This document shows, in pieces, positions 48,814 to 58,756 of a DNA stretch of 64,000 nucleotides. This DNA is from an uncultured Cytophagia bacterium (lineage in GTDB: Bacteria; Zhuqueibacterota; Zhuqueibacteria; Residuimicrobiales; Krinioviventaceae), in assembly GCA_964607755.1 (NCBI GenBank), contig CAZSMC010000019.1, forward strand, positions 170 through 64,169, given 5' to 3'. How positions within the stretch are numbered: the first letter of the stretch is position 1; the number at the start of each line of letters is the position of its first letter. The position numbers were made by a program, and so were the translations under genes. Under the pieces are notes generated by a model. That model worked only from the letters and a program-made list of their open reading frames with translations, was not told the DNA's origin and made no database searches.

Positions 48814-49605
48814 TTAGTTCTTTGGTAAAAAGTACCGTTTTAAACTCGCCTTTAACATAAATTTTAAAAAAAGAATATTGGTGAATAAATACCGTTTCCA
48901 CATGCGTCGCGGTTCCTGCAGCAACCGATAGAACCACTCCAAACCGGATTTTTGCATCCATCGAGGAGCGCGTTTGGTTACGCCTCCCAGGATATCGAAA
49001 CTGCCGCCCACGCCGTGTATCACGCCCACATCGAGATTGTGTTTGTGACGTTTGACCCATTGCTCTTTCATGGGGGTTCCCATTCCAATAAGCAAGATAT
49101 CCGGTTTCACCTTGTTGATCTCCCGGACAGCTACCTCCTCATCTTGAATGGTATCGAAATAGCCATTTCTATACCCGGCAATGTTAACCGACGGATACAA
49201 TTGATGCAGACGATCCACTGCTGTCCTGATGACGGTCTCTTTAGCTCCCAGAAGATAAATAGTATATCCTCTTTTATCAGATAATTCAATTAATCTTTCC
49301 ATAACATCTGTTCCGTTCACCCTGCCCGGTAACGGCTGGCCAAGTATTTTTGAAGCCCATACGACCGGAACACCGTCTGCACCGATAATGTCAGCTTCGC
49401 TGATAATGCTCTTTAGCTCTCTATCGGAACGGGATTTCACTACTTTGGCCGCATTGACCACAATCAAATGACATCTTTTTTGTTGTTTGATCGAAGCTTC
49501 CATAATATCAATGCACTGATCCAATGTCATCTGATCCACAGGGCAACCGAACACATTTGAACGTTTAAAAACAGAGTTTTTAACGGGCACCGTGTCCTCA
49601 TTCAT
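48814..49605 (-). CDS. WecB/TagA/CpsF-family glycosyltransferase
   Basis: ADGVPVVWAS, RVNGTD, YLLGA, GYRNGYF, IGMGTPMKEQW, GVGGSFD..G..KRAP and LEW.YRL.QEP.R...RY motifs. Confidence 0.95.
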   Translation of the reverse strand: MNEDTVPVKNSVFKRSNVFGCPVDQMTLDQCIDIMEASIKQQKRCHLIVVNAAKVVKSRSDRELKSIISEADIIGADGVPVVWASKILGQPLPGRVNGTDVMERLIELSDKRGYTIYLLGAKETVIRTAVDRLHQLYPSVNIAGYRNGYFDTIQDEEVAVREINKVKPDILLIGMGTPMKEQWVKRHKHNLDVGVIHGVGGSFDILGGVTKRAPRWMQKSGLEWFYRLLQEPRRMWKRYLFTNILFLKFMLKASLKRYFLPKN

Positions 49606-50758
49606 AATCTAGATACCTCTTCCTAATCATTGCCCATGCACGGAAATAGAGTGCTTCAAATGCACGCGTCATGGAACGTTGAGAATATTTATTTTTTGCC
49701 ACTTTTAATGCTTTTTTTGAAAAATGCGTGCAAAGCTTTTTGTCGTTATAAAGCTGAATGATAGCGTTGCTCATTTGTGCAGCATTTTGTGGCGGGACAA
49801 GGAATCCATTTTCGCCATGCCGAATGAGTTCGCGATTACCACCGACATCGGTTGCTACAACCGGTTTTCCGCACGCCATTGCTTCTAATAAAAAATTGGA
49901 ACAACCTTCAACCTTGTTGGACGTGAGGATAACAACATCCATTGCATTGAGGAAATCGGCGATGTTATTTTGCCGCCCGGTGAAAATGACGTTCACACCG
50001 GAAGAAGCAGCCAATCTTTTCATTTCAGCAAGCATAGGTCCATCGCCTACAAACATAAAGCGACACAGATTTATTTGCCCGGTCACAGTTTTTGCCACCT
50101 GCATAAAAGTGAACGGATCTTTATGCGTTTCGGCCCTGGCAATCATGCCAACGCAAAAAGCATTTTTTTGGATATTGAATCGTTGGCGGATTATCCGGGC
50201 TGGCGTTTTAATTTGCAGCCGGTCAGGATCAATGCCATTATAAATGACCTTTAACCTGTCCGCTCGCACACCCCGGGAAATTGAAAATCTGCGTCCGGCC
50301 TCACTATTAGCAACCACAAAATCAGCTCGTCGTATGGCATATTTCTCAAACCACAAATGCAAGCGTGCTCCAACAGAAGAAAACAGCAACCGTGCGGTGC
50401 GTTCCGTTACAATCAGATAAGGCACGTTCGTCAGCGTTCCTAAAACAATACCATAGAATCTGGCAGATACATTATAAGCCTGGAGAATATCAAAATGTTT
50501 CGTTTGTAAAAGGCGGTATAACGATCGAATCCACCTGACATCGAACGCGTTTTTTTTATCCAGAAAAACAACGTGAATGCCGGGAACAGCGCAAAATTCG
50601 TCATCCAGATCATAGCCGCGGTAAAAAACAGCGACCGTTATTTGAAAACGTGATTGATCGATTCCCTTTACCAGCGACAGGAGCTGCAATTCAGCACCCC
50701 CGGTTCGAAAAGACGGAATCAGATACAAAATTTTAATTCTCTGGCTTTTGGATTTCAT
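49598..50758 (-). CDS. Glycosyltransferase family 4
   Basis: KILYLIPSFRTGGAE, VIYNGID, EGCSNFLLEAMACGKPVVATDVGG; start MKSKS at 50758 avoids overlap with the upstream gene (ORF track starts at 50845). Confidence 0.93.
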   Translation of the reverse strand: MKSKSQRIKILYLIPSFRTGGAELQLLSLVKGIDQSRFQITVAVFYRGYDLDDEFCAVPGIHVVFLDKKNAFDVRWIRSLYRLLQTKHFDILQAYNVSARFYGIVLGTLTNVPYLIVTERTARLLFSSVGARLHLWFEKYAIRRADFVVANSEAGRRFSISRGVRADRLKVIYNGIDPDRLQIKTPARIIRQRFNIQKNAFCVGMIARAETHKDPFTFMQVAKTVTGQINLCRFMFVGDGPMLAEMKRLAASSGVNVIFTGRQNNIADFLNAMDVVILTSNKVEGCSNFLLEAMACGKPVVATDVGGNRELIRHGENGFLVPPQNAAQMSNAIIQLYNDKKLCTHFSKKALKVAKNKYSQRSMTRAFEALYFRAWAMIRKRYLDYE

Positions 50759-50771
50759 TTTCGTAATAACA

Positions 50772-52241
50772 TCAGGCGTAGCCCAATTCACGCATCTTGT
50801 TCCATGTCTCCTTGTCGAAAGCCGGTTGCGTCGTGTCTGCCACATGAGGCTTAAATGTCCCAGTCCATTTTTCCAGCGCGCTTTTGCACTCTAAAACGTG
50901 CTCACTCTGTGATGAATAAAGATCGTCACGTTCTTGAGGATCGTTCTGCATGTCAAAGAACTCATGCCAACCGTCCGAAGCCCAGATGAATTTGTGTTCT
51001 TTTGTCTGGTAGGCTCTCAGATCCCGGCAATAGTGCGCAAGCTCGTGTTTTGCCAGGTCTTTGCGTCTTTTAAGCCAACGGTCGATCATCATTTCGGGAT
51101 TATAGGTTTCGGTAAGAGCAGCTTTGCGGGGCATGGTGTTCAGGAATGACAAGCCTTGTTTGTCCTCTTTGCAGTGCCACTCAACGCCGATACCGTCTAA
51201 AATGGTTGGCACAATATCAACCGTTTGTACGAGATCCGTGCTGTGCTGGCCTGCCTCAAACCACTGCGGATAGCGAACGATCAGCGGAACACGAATCAGT
51301 TTATCATAGATACAAAAAGCGTGCCAGAAAAATCCTTTCTCTCCCATGTTCTCACCGTGATCTGAAGTGACAAAAATCACGGTGTCGTCCATTATATCAA
51401 GCTGTCGAAGCGTTTCGAAAATGCAACCCAGTCGCCAGTCAATGTAAGCAATTTCACCATCATACAATTCCAGATAGTGCTGCACATCAGTTTCGGTAAA
51501 AATTTTGTGGCCGGCAAAATACCCCATGTGATCGAATTGCAAATAAGCACCTTCCTGCAAGATAGATCCTGAAAAAAACCGGCGGCGATAGGGATATGGA
51601 GGAAAATAAATAGAATGCGGTTCCTGGTAATGGATGTAAGCGAAAAAGGGACGATCCTTATCTTGTGATTTTATCCATTTCTTAAATGCAATTTCAGTGG
51701 CATAAGCACCATCATCCCGGGTAAGCATACGGGGCTTATTGAATTGATCCAGCGCATCTTTGATCAGAAACCGGGTTTGCATGGGCAAAGCATTACGTAT
51801 TTTTTTATAAAATTCGTTTTCGTTATCCTTGACTACATTATTGTTTTGGTTTTCCTCATTTCCTTTATATAGAAATGTGTCAAAACCCTGAGAAAGACCG
51901 GTTTTACTGCTCAGGTACATATTGTTTGAAAAGCAAATTGTGGAATAGCCGTTCCGGCGTAAAATTGAAGGCAGAGAAATAATATCCGGATCGAGATAAT
52001 ACCGTTGATTAGTATAGCCGTGAACAGTGGGATAGAGACCGGTTAAGATGGATGCCAGAGATGCACCTGTCCAATTTGCGGCTGTGAAAGCGTTTTCAAA
52101 AAGAACGCCTTCTGTGGAAAACATATCCAGATTCGGGGTTGTCTCACGTGGACAGCCGTAACTTGACAAACGGTCAGCGCGCACACTGTCCAGGCTAATG
52201 ATTAATATATTCGGTTTTTTGTTGTTTATTGTTTTTCGCAT
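50772..52241 (-). CDS. Sulfatase-like alkaline-phosphatase-superfamily enzyme with Thr in the nucleophile position
   Basis: PNILIISLDSVRAD, FENAFT, WTGASLASILTGLYP..HG, EPHSIY, YDGEI.Y.D, TSDHGE and VPLIV motifs; no C/SxPxR; no signal peptide. Confidence 0.88.
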   Translation of the reverse strand: MRKTINNKKPNILIISLDSVRADRLSSYGCPRETTPNLDMFSTEGVLFENAFTAANWTGASLASILTGLYPTVHGYTNQRYYLDPDIISLPSILRRNGYSTICFSNNMYLSSKTGLSQGFDTFLYKGNEENQNNNVVKDNENEFYKKIRNALPMQTRFLIKDALDQFNKPRMLTRDDGAYATEIAFKKWIKSQDKDRPFFAYIHYQEPHSIYFPPYPYRRRFFSGSILQEGAYLQFDHMGYFAGHKIFTETDVQHYLELYDGEIAYIDWRLGCIFETLRQLDIMDDTVIFVTSDHGENMGEKGFFWHAFCIYDKLIRVPLIVRYPQWFEAGQHSTDLVQTVDIVPTILDGIGVEWHCKEDKQGLSFLNTMPRKAALTETYNPEMMIDRWLKRRKDLAKHELAHYCRDLRAYQTKEHKFIWASDGWHEFFDMQNDPQERDDLYSSQSEHVLECKSALEKWTGTFKPHVADTTQPAFDKETWNKMRELGYA

Positions 52242-52276
52242 GTCAGCTTTTGTGTTTCTTGTTCTCGGACCTGTTA

Positions 52277-53524
52277 TTAGAGTATTGTCCAGCCGGTTTT
52301 AGCTTTTAAAAAACTGGCAATATTTTTGGCCCGTTGAGTATAGGTGAACTTTTGCACCGCCTTAAAAGCGTTCGAGCTCATGTGTTCTGCCAGCTCTGGA
52401 TTATTCAGAACCGTGCGAATGCCGTCAGCCAGATCCTCAGGCTTGGCAGTCACAAGGTAACCATTTTTTTTATGCTGCAGCACTTCCCGGAACACCGGTA
52501 GATCGCTGGCAACCACCGGACGGCCGGCTGCCATATATTCAAATAATTTCAACGGTGACGTGTACTCGCGTAAAGAATAATTATACGTGTTTGGCAATAT
52601 CAGCACATCGGCAGCCGCTTGATATGAAGCTATTTCCCGCGGCATAATAAATCCAGCAAAGTGGACATTTGCCATTTGCTCGGCATGGGTCATTTTTTTC
52701 ACTTCAGCAATTGTTTTAGGTGTACCGCCTAACAGATAAAAATGGACATTATCCTTAAAATGAGCAGCAGCACGAATAGCATTTTCCACACCTTTACCGT
52801 GGGCAAATCCGCCGGAATACATGACAATTTTTTTATCCATTGGTAAATCAAGCTGTTTTCGCAACTGCGCAATGGGAATGTTGGCATCCCGGTTCCGAAA
52901 GTCTCTTACACCGTCCGGTGCCACATAGATATGCTCCGGTGGAATGTTATATGTGCGCACCAGATCATCTTTTAGAGCATTGGTAATACTGACAATTCCA
53001 TCGCAATGAGTAATAATATATTTAAACAATCGCTGAGGGCGTTGGATTAATGCATGCGCCTCGACGAAAATTTTGACCGGCTTGTTCTTCAGCCAACTGC
53101 GACGGTAGCGGCAAAAAATATAAGCAGAATTCAAGTTCCTGGAATAAATAATAACCGGTTTATTAAATTGACCTGTAAGCACATTTTTAATGACATAGGC
53201 GGCTGTTGAAGCCAGAATCGAGGTTCCGCCAATTACAGGAATTTTCGGATTCTTTTTTCCATCCATACCATAACCGATGTCAATGCCGTACCGTGGCTTG
53301 CTCAGACTCAATAAACTCGGAATGGTTTTCATTTTGAAATTATTTTCCACGCCATAAAAATGGCGTATATCTGTATCATTATATTGCGACATATCATGAT
53401 AGTACGGCCGGATAAAAGTCACATCCAAACCCAACCGGGCAAATGACTCAACCATGTGCATCTGTTGAATGCTCACTGCATCCCGGTTAGGGAATCGTTC
53501 ATTTGTCAGGTAGAGAAATTTCAT
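52277..53524 (-). CDS. Glycosyltransferase family 4
   Basis: MKFLYLTNERFP...Q..HM..SF; YSG...GKG; SPLKLFEYMAAGRPVVASDLP; ATG 1 nt after the flippase stop (ORF track starts at 53566). Confidence 0.92.
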   Translation of the reverse strand: MKFLYLTNERFPNRDAVSIQQMHMVESFARLGLDVTFIRPYYHDMSQYNDTDIRHFYGVENNFKMKTIPSLLSLSKPRYGIDIGYGMDGKKNPKIPVIGGTSILASTAAYVIKNVLTGQFNKPVIIYSRNLNSAYIFCRYRRSWLKNKPVKIFVEAHALIQRPQRLFKYIITHCDGIVSITNALKDDLVRTYNIPPEHIYVAPDGVRDFRNRDANIPIAQLRKQLDLPMDKKIVMYSGGFAHGKGVENAIRAAAHFKDNVHFYLLGGTPKTIAEVKKMTHAEQMANVHFAGFIMPREIASYQAAADVLILPNTYNYSLREYTSPLKLFEYMAAGRPVVASDLPVFREVLQHKKNGYLVTAKPEDLADGIRTVLNNPELAEHMSSNAFKAVQKFTYTQRAKNIASFLKAKTGWTIL

Positions 53525-53525
53525 A

Positions 53526-54731
53526 TCATCCTTTAAATTGTCCGCGAAACCGATAAACAAGAGCATAGCTGGCTATCATACGCAACAGGGTCATAATGAG
53601 CAAGGAAAGAGCAACTCCGGTCACGCCCATTTTTTGCACCATAAAATACAACAAGCCGATGTAAAAAATCATTGATATCACATTGATTCGCGTATGCCAA
53701 TTCAGAGCAAAACTGTCCAGGCGGCCCACTGTTAAACTTGCGCTTAGATTATACATTAGCCGGAGTGCGCCGACCAGGGCCAGCAACTGGAGCAAATAAG
53801 CGCCGTAATCGTATTTTCCGGCATACAAAATGTGCAGAATAAATTTAGCACCGACCAGAAATGCGAGCAAAAGCAAAAAGGTGAGCAAAGCCAGTCCTAT
53901 AACAATTCGTTTGAGCCGAATTATTTGCTGGCGGCCAAATTCTGGCACCCAGACATATTTTGATGCGCGTCCTAGAATATTAAAAGCTTGTACTGGCACC
54001 AGACAAGCAGCGTACAGGCCCAGCGCTTCGTAACCTAAAAAATTCGGAATAATCAGTCTGTCAAACGAATTCATAATCGCTACTGCAGCCTGGGATGCAA
54101 ATAAAACCACACCGGATTTGTAGTATTCGGACGGTACCTTTTCTTGTCCCTGGGGAATTGTCCGAAAAGTATAAGCGCCAGAAAAAGCAGAGACTAAAAA
54201 TATAATAAAGATATATCCAAAGATAGCGCTGGTTTTATCGATCGCCAGTGTGAAATAAGCCGCAACAAGCACAAGGAAAAACAAGCCCCGAAACGCGTTT
54301 AGGATAATGATTGCCTGGTTGTAACGGGCCTGGCTGCGCACCAGATTGGAAAAGAACAAAATTGCACTGTAAAAAACAGCGGCAAGAACAAGTCCTGTGA
54401 GCTTGGCTATATTCAAACCATAAACAAAATAAGAAATTGCTGCACCAATGCAAATAAGCAAAAACGCGCCAGCCAAGACATTGATAAAAGCTATAGACCA
54501 TTTGTAATTGCGCGGATCATTCCGGCTAAAAAACCGGGCAGTTGCCAAATCTTGCCCCCATACTGCCAGTGGAGGAATAAAGAGTATCAAAGTACGCATC
54601 AAGGTGAATTCACCAAAATCATTTTTGGTCAGCAATCGGCCTAAAATAATTGACGACAGAGATGCAAAAACCATAATGACAGCGAGTACAAAAGACACGC
54701 CGCCGATGTTCATAATCATTTTACGCAGCAT
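53526..54731 (-). CDS. wzx: Wzx-like oligosaccharide flippase
   Basis: 401 aa, about 12 TMs, GRLL...DFGEF in the N-terminal half and DRLII..FLG...LGLY, consistent with MOP-superfamily flippases; cluster context. Confidence 0.8.
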   Translation of the reverse strand: MLRKMIMNIGGVSFVLAVIMVFASLSSIILGRLLTKNDFGEFTLMRTLILFIPPLAVWGQDLATARFFSRNDPRNYKWSIAFINVLAGAFLLICIGAAISYFVYGLNIAKLTGLVLAAVFYSAILFFSNLVRSQARYNQAIIILNAFRGLFFLVLVAAYFTLAIDKTSAIFGYIFIIFLVSAFSGAYTFRTIPQGQEKVPSEYYKSGVVLFASQAAVAIMNSFDRLIIPNFLGYEALGLYAACLVPVQAFNILGRASKYVWVPEFGRQQIIRLKRIVIGLALLTFLLLLAFLVGAKFILHILYAGKYDYGAYLLQLLALVGALRLMYNLSASLTVGRLDSFALNWHTRINVISMIFYIGLLYFMVQKMGVTGVALSLLIMTLLRMIASYALVYRFRGQFKG

Positions 54732-54749
54732 AAAGAGCGTTCGAATTCA

Positions 54750-56234
54750 TCATTGTCGCAGGTTATCCGGATTTTCAGTCATCAATTTTCCGGTGTTATT
54801 TTTGTAAACTATATAATACGAACTTGCAGCTATAGCCATCATCACATAAAAATAAATATAGCCGCCAGGCGGATGCTTGTCGACCATGCCATGCACACAC
54901 ATGGCACCAAGCCCTGCCAAAAGCGCAATATTGATCAGGGAAATGGTTCGATTTTCTGATTTTATTGATTTTAAAAGCGTCGCGCCAAACATGATCATCA
55001 TGCTTAACAACATGCCAAAACCTAAAAGTCCGGTTTCTCCGATTACGAGCAGATACATATTGTGCACAGGACGTGGAATGGTGCCAAATCGCCGGCCGAG
55101 AATGGTATCATTGTATTGCTGCATGACTTCGGCGTAATTATTAATCCCGACTCCGCCTATGGGATGATCTTGAATCAAATTAAAAGCAATTTGCATCATC
55201 GGGATGCGGCTCATAGCTGAGCCATGGTCTTCACCGTAAAGACGTTCTTCAATCATATCCGAGAACGCAAAAGTCATAATCGTAATAAGAATAAGAGCAG
55301 CGATCCCTGGTCCAATGAGCGAACTGAATCTCATTGCTTTTGATTTAATAGCAAAATAGAACAGAATAGCCAGAGCAAAGGTAAAGCTAACCCAGGCGCC
55401 GCGAGAGCCGGTCATAATTAGAGCGACGATTCCCAGGCCAAAAACAGAAATTGCAAAAAAGCGCATCAACTTTTGTTTTTCGATAAGGAACAAGGCAAAA
55501 CACATTGGTAACAAAATTTCCAGAAACATGCCCAATCGGTTAGGATGGCCCAAAGTCCCCATAACACGCCATGGTCCGGCCCCCTCTTCCCGGATAACCG
55601 GTTCGCCAAAAAAGGCAAGTCCCAGCGTACCGCCTTTTATCATTTGCAATACTCCGATAAAGCTCTGTAATCCTACAATGAAAGCCAAAGCCCATGCCAG
55701 CAATCGAATATCCTGCACGTCACGGATATGGTTAGCCAAAACGAGAAAGAGGAAAAAAAGTTTTAACATAGTATAGATTTGCATAACAGCCAGGTCCATT
55801 CGAGGTGCCCAGAGCAAGGTCAGCACACAAACCTCAATGTAAAGGATAGTTGGTATGGCGAGACGGGGATAAAAATAAAAGGTGGTTTTTCGTTTTCCTG
55901 CCAGCTCAAGTATTAACAGGAAAAAAAGCATCAGAGCGAAAATATCGACTGCTGAAACACCCATGGTATGGGCGCCAGCTTGCTCTTCAAAAGTGTGATA
56001 AAAATTCATATCGATGTGCAATGGCATCAACAACACGAGTCCGGACATTAACAGATGGCGAACATTGCCGGCTATGAGTAAAGTAAACGGGAAAAATATT
56101 CCAAGAATAACGAGCCACCACACTTCTATTGGCAATTCAGCCAGCACGAAAAATAAAAGTCCGAGAGCGGCACTTAACGAAACGAATAGTATTATCTGAA
56201 TTGCTTTTGATTTTTTAACGAGCTCTATCATCAA
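54750..56234 (-). CDS. O-antigen ligase / Wzy polymerase-like membrane protein
   Basis: 494 aa polytopic; RVMGTLGHPN, MTGSRGAW, R..M...A...I..HPIGGVG..N and VHNMYL..GETG..G (Wzy_C domain). Confidence 0.9.
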   Translation of the reverse strand: MMIELVKKSKAIQIILFVSLSAALGLLFFVLAELPIEVWWLVILGIFFPFTLLIAGNVRHLLMSGLVLLMPLHIDMNFYHTFEEQAGAHTMGVSAVDIFALMLFFLLILELAGKRKTTFYFYPRLAIPTILYIEVCVLTLLWAPRMDLAVMQIYTMLKLFFLFLVLANHIRDVQDIRLLAWALAFIVGLQSFIGVLQMIKGGTLGLAFFGEPVIREEGAGPWRVMGTLGHPNRLGMFLEILLPMCFALFLIEKQKLMRFFAISVFGLGIVALIMTGSRGAWVSFTFALAILFYFAIKSKAMRFSSLIGPGIAALILITIMTFAFSDMIEERLYGEDHGSAMSRIPMMQIAFNLIQDHPIGGVGINNYAEVMQQYNDTILGRRFGTIPRPVHNMYLLVIGETGLLGFGMLLSMMIMFGATLLKSIKSENRTISLINIALLAGLGAMCVHGMVDKHPPGGYIYFYVMMAIAASSYYIVYKNNTGKLMTENPDNLRQ

Positions 56235-56294
56235 AACCCAGTTTTATACTATTAAGAAACGAAAGACAAATTTTTATTCCGGTTCGTTACTGGA

Positions 56295-57584
56295 TTACTC
56301 AACCTGTCGCCGGGCGGTCAGTTTTTCAAACATCGAAATCATTCCGGCAGCGGTAAACATCAAAATATAGGGTTCCAGGGGAATCCGGTACCTCACTTCT
56401 GCAACGATGAGAGAATAGCCAAAAGAAATGGCAGCAATGGTGAGTAAAATCAATATTTTTTTTCGCCGAAAAGGATTTGTCGACACAACACCAATCACCG
56501 CAAAGAGAAATGTTGGCAGCATGACAGAAATGCTTCCTACTTTGACCAATCTCCAGAATCCTGAAGGTTTGGCAGAAACGATGCGTGAATCTTGTTCCTT
56601 TACCTTTTTCACGTAACTTTTATTTTTTGTATCCAGGCGGTCCGGATAAAGCGACCAGAAATGTCCGAGTTCAGTGATTAAATATTGAATGGATTCCACA
56701 GGATGTTTCAAGTATTTTTGCATAATATTGGGCAGCGCATCCTGTTTTGTGCCAGCGGGATGTGCTTTTAAATATTCAGTTGTTTCTGAAAATCCATTCT
56801 CAATTTGATCTCTATGATCTTTAACATTTTCCATATCAGGAAACACGGTGTGCGGCACTGGTCGCACCAGAACGAACCGATCATATTTCTGAAAATTTCT
56901 CAAAGTCCAGGGTGTTAATACCGCGGCGAAAAGTATCAAAAATAACGCGGCCGAAGCAAGTTTGTAGCCGAACTTTTTTCTTGTTCCGATAAGCAGCCAA
57001 AGAATCCAGAACGGTAACGCGAAAAACAGTGCCGGCGTGGTGAGTGTTGCTGCTCCGGCCAATCCGCCGCTCAGCGCATAATATCCGAGAGATTGCTGTT
57101 CATCCGCGAGCAGCAGAAAAAAAACAGACGCTGCTGTCAAAACAGTAAAAAGATTTGTTGGATATAATATTCCCACAATGAGCAAAAAATGCGGATAAAT
57201 TGCAGCAATGCCTGTCGCTACCAACGCTACCTTGCGATGAAACAATTTTTTACCGATCCTATAAATCAGGTAACACAACAGTACACTTAAAAACGCTTCA
57301 ACGATCCGCATTGCGGTAAAGGATGCGCCAAAAAGCCCATAAACGCCGGCCATAAATAACGGATACATGGGCGACCGGTCATATTTTTCGCCGAATCCTT
57401 CTCCCTGCAGCAAGCTTCTTGCTGCCCCGTCATAGTGCCGGGTATCGGAAAAATAAATGCCCTCCGGATTTAAAACCAGAACAAACGCAAAGCGTATCAC
57501 CAAAGCCAGCAGGAGAATGGTAACCAACTGATTCTTTGGATTAGATCGATACCACTTGGTGAGACGAAATCGAATATTGTTCAT
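56295..57584 (-). CDS. GT-C fold glycosyltransferase (family 39/ArnT/PMT-like)
   Basis: YFSD...YD..A..L..G.G, R.P.YPLF.A..Y, PW..RN and terminal RYR.P motifs; multi-TM. Confidence 0.85.
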   Translation of the reverse strand: MNNIRFRLTKWYRSNPKNQLVTILLLALVIRFAFVLVLNPEGIYFSDTRHYDGAARSLLQGEGFGEKYDRSPMYPLFMAGVYGLFGASFTAMRIVEAFLSVLLCYLIYRIGKKLFHRKVALVATGIAAIYPHFLLIVGILYPTNLFTVLTAASVFFLLLADEQQSLGYYALSGGLAGAATLTTPALFFALPFWILWLLIGTRKKFGYKLASAALFLILFAAVLTPWTLRNFQKYDRFVLVRPVPHTVFPDMENVKDHRDQIENGFSETTEYLKAHPAGTKQDALPNIMQKYLKHPVESIQYLITELGHFWSLYPDRLDTKNKSYVKKVKEQDSRIVSAKPSGFWRLVKVGSISVMLPTFLFAVIGVVSTNPFRRKKILILLTIAAISFGYSLIVAEVRYRIPLEPYILMFTAAGMISMFEKLTARRQVE

Positions 57585-57746
57585 TTTTTACCGCCTGGAA
57601 ATTGATTTAAAAGTCGTTAATACAAAGAAATATTCATATACGCACAATCATTTTCAAATCCCCTATAGAGAGCCGTATTTGAAAATAATTAATTGCAAAA
57701 AATATAGGAATTTTTAACCAAATTCAAATTAATTCTTTTCAAAGTA

Positions 57747-58742
57747 TCAGATTTTTCTGTTCTTGAATAATCCGTACCACTCTCCCAAACCATAAGCCAG
57801 GTGAGTTGCGATGAAAATAAAAATCAGGTTTGCCCAAAGTGAGTACTGTTTCTCGCGAATCACTGCCATGCAGCTTGACAACAAGACAAGTATTAGATAT
57901 AAAAGGAGAGGAATAAAAAAAACCGGATACACAAACCCAATAATCGCGCCTAAAAATGCAAGTACCAGCAACATGGGAAAGAACAGAATAAGTTCACTGC
58001 GACCGGGATGTTTTCGCATCAGCCACAAACGGCCTTTGCCGTAAACGAACATATTTTTTATCCATGAACGGAATGTGCTGCGCATGTGATGTTCCACCGC
58101 AGTATCGGCAAGATAAACCATTTCGTAACCCGCAACTTTTAACCGAAAACTCATGTCCTGATCTTCCCCAATGTTACCCAGTTTCTCGTCAAACCCGCCG
58201 ATGTCGAGAACGCTCTCTCTGTGATACATCACATTGACGGTTGGCAAGTGAGGAACCGGCCTGTCGGTGTGAAATCTTTTTCCTTGCACAGAGCCATGGC
58301 TTCCGAGGAAGGTATTAAGAAAAACATGCAGCGTGCGATAAAAAACAGAATGATCCTGGGGAGGCACATTGGACCCGCCAACTGCGACAAGATTTTCATG
58401 TTTTTGCCGATGACGCTCGAATCCGGCGGAAAGCCGGGCAAGCCAATTTCTCGGAGCGCGGCAATCAGCGTCGGTGAATGCGACATAATCGTATTGTGCC
58501 TGTTCCAGACCAATATTCCGGCTGCCAGCAATACCTAATACCGGATTTATAACGATTCGAATGTTGGATTGGTTTTGAGCATATTCTTCAATCACCTGCC
58601 TGGTGCCGTCCGTAGAGTTGTTATCTACAAATACAATTTCATAATAATCATTCGGATAATCCTGCTGAGCAAGGGATATGATGCAAGGTTCAATGGTCGC
58701 TTTGGCATTATAACAAACCACGACAACCGAGATCTTTAACAT
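57747..58742 (-). CDS. Glycosyltransferase family 2 with C-terminal TMs
   Basis: ISVVVVCYNA, VDNNSTDGT, SRNIG, FTDAD, GGFDE...GED.D.S.RL motifs. Confidence 0.93.
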   Translation of the reverse strand: MLKISVVVVCYNAKATIEPCIISLAQQDYPNDYYEIVFVDNNSTDGTRQVIEEYAQNQSNIRIVINPVLGIAGSRNIGLEQAQYDYVAFTDADCRAPRNWLARLSAGFERHRQKHENLVAVGGSNVPPQDHSVFYRTLHVFLNTFLGSHGSVQGKRFHTDRPVPHLPTVNVMYHRESVLDIGGFDEKLGNIGEDQDMSFRLKVAGYEMVYLADTAVEHHMRSTFRSWIKNMFVYGKGRLWLMRKHPGRSELILFFPMLLVLAFLGAIIGFVYPVFFIPLLLYLILVLLSSCMAVIREKQYSLWANLIFIFIATHLAYGLGEWYGLFKNRKI

Positions 58743-58756
58743 TGGCTTCTCATATT

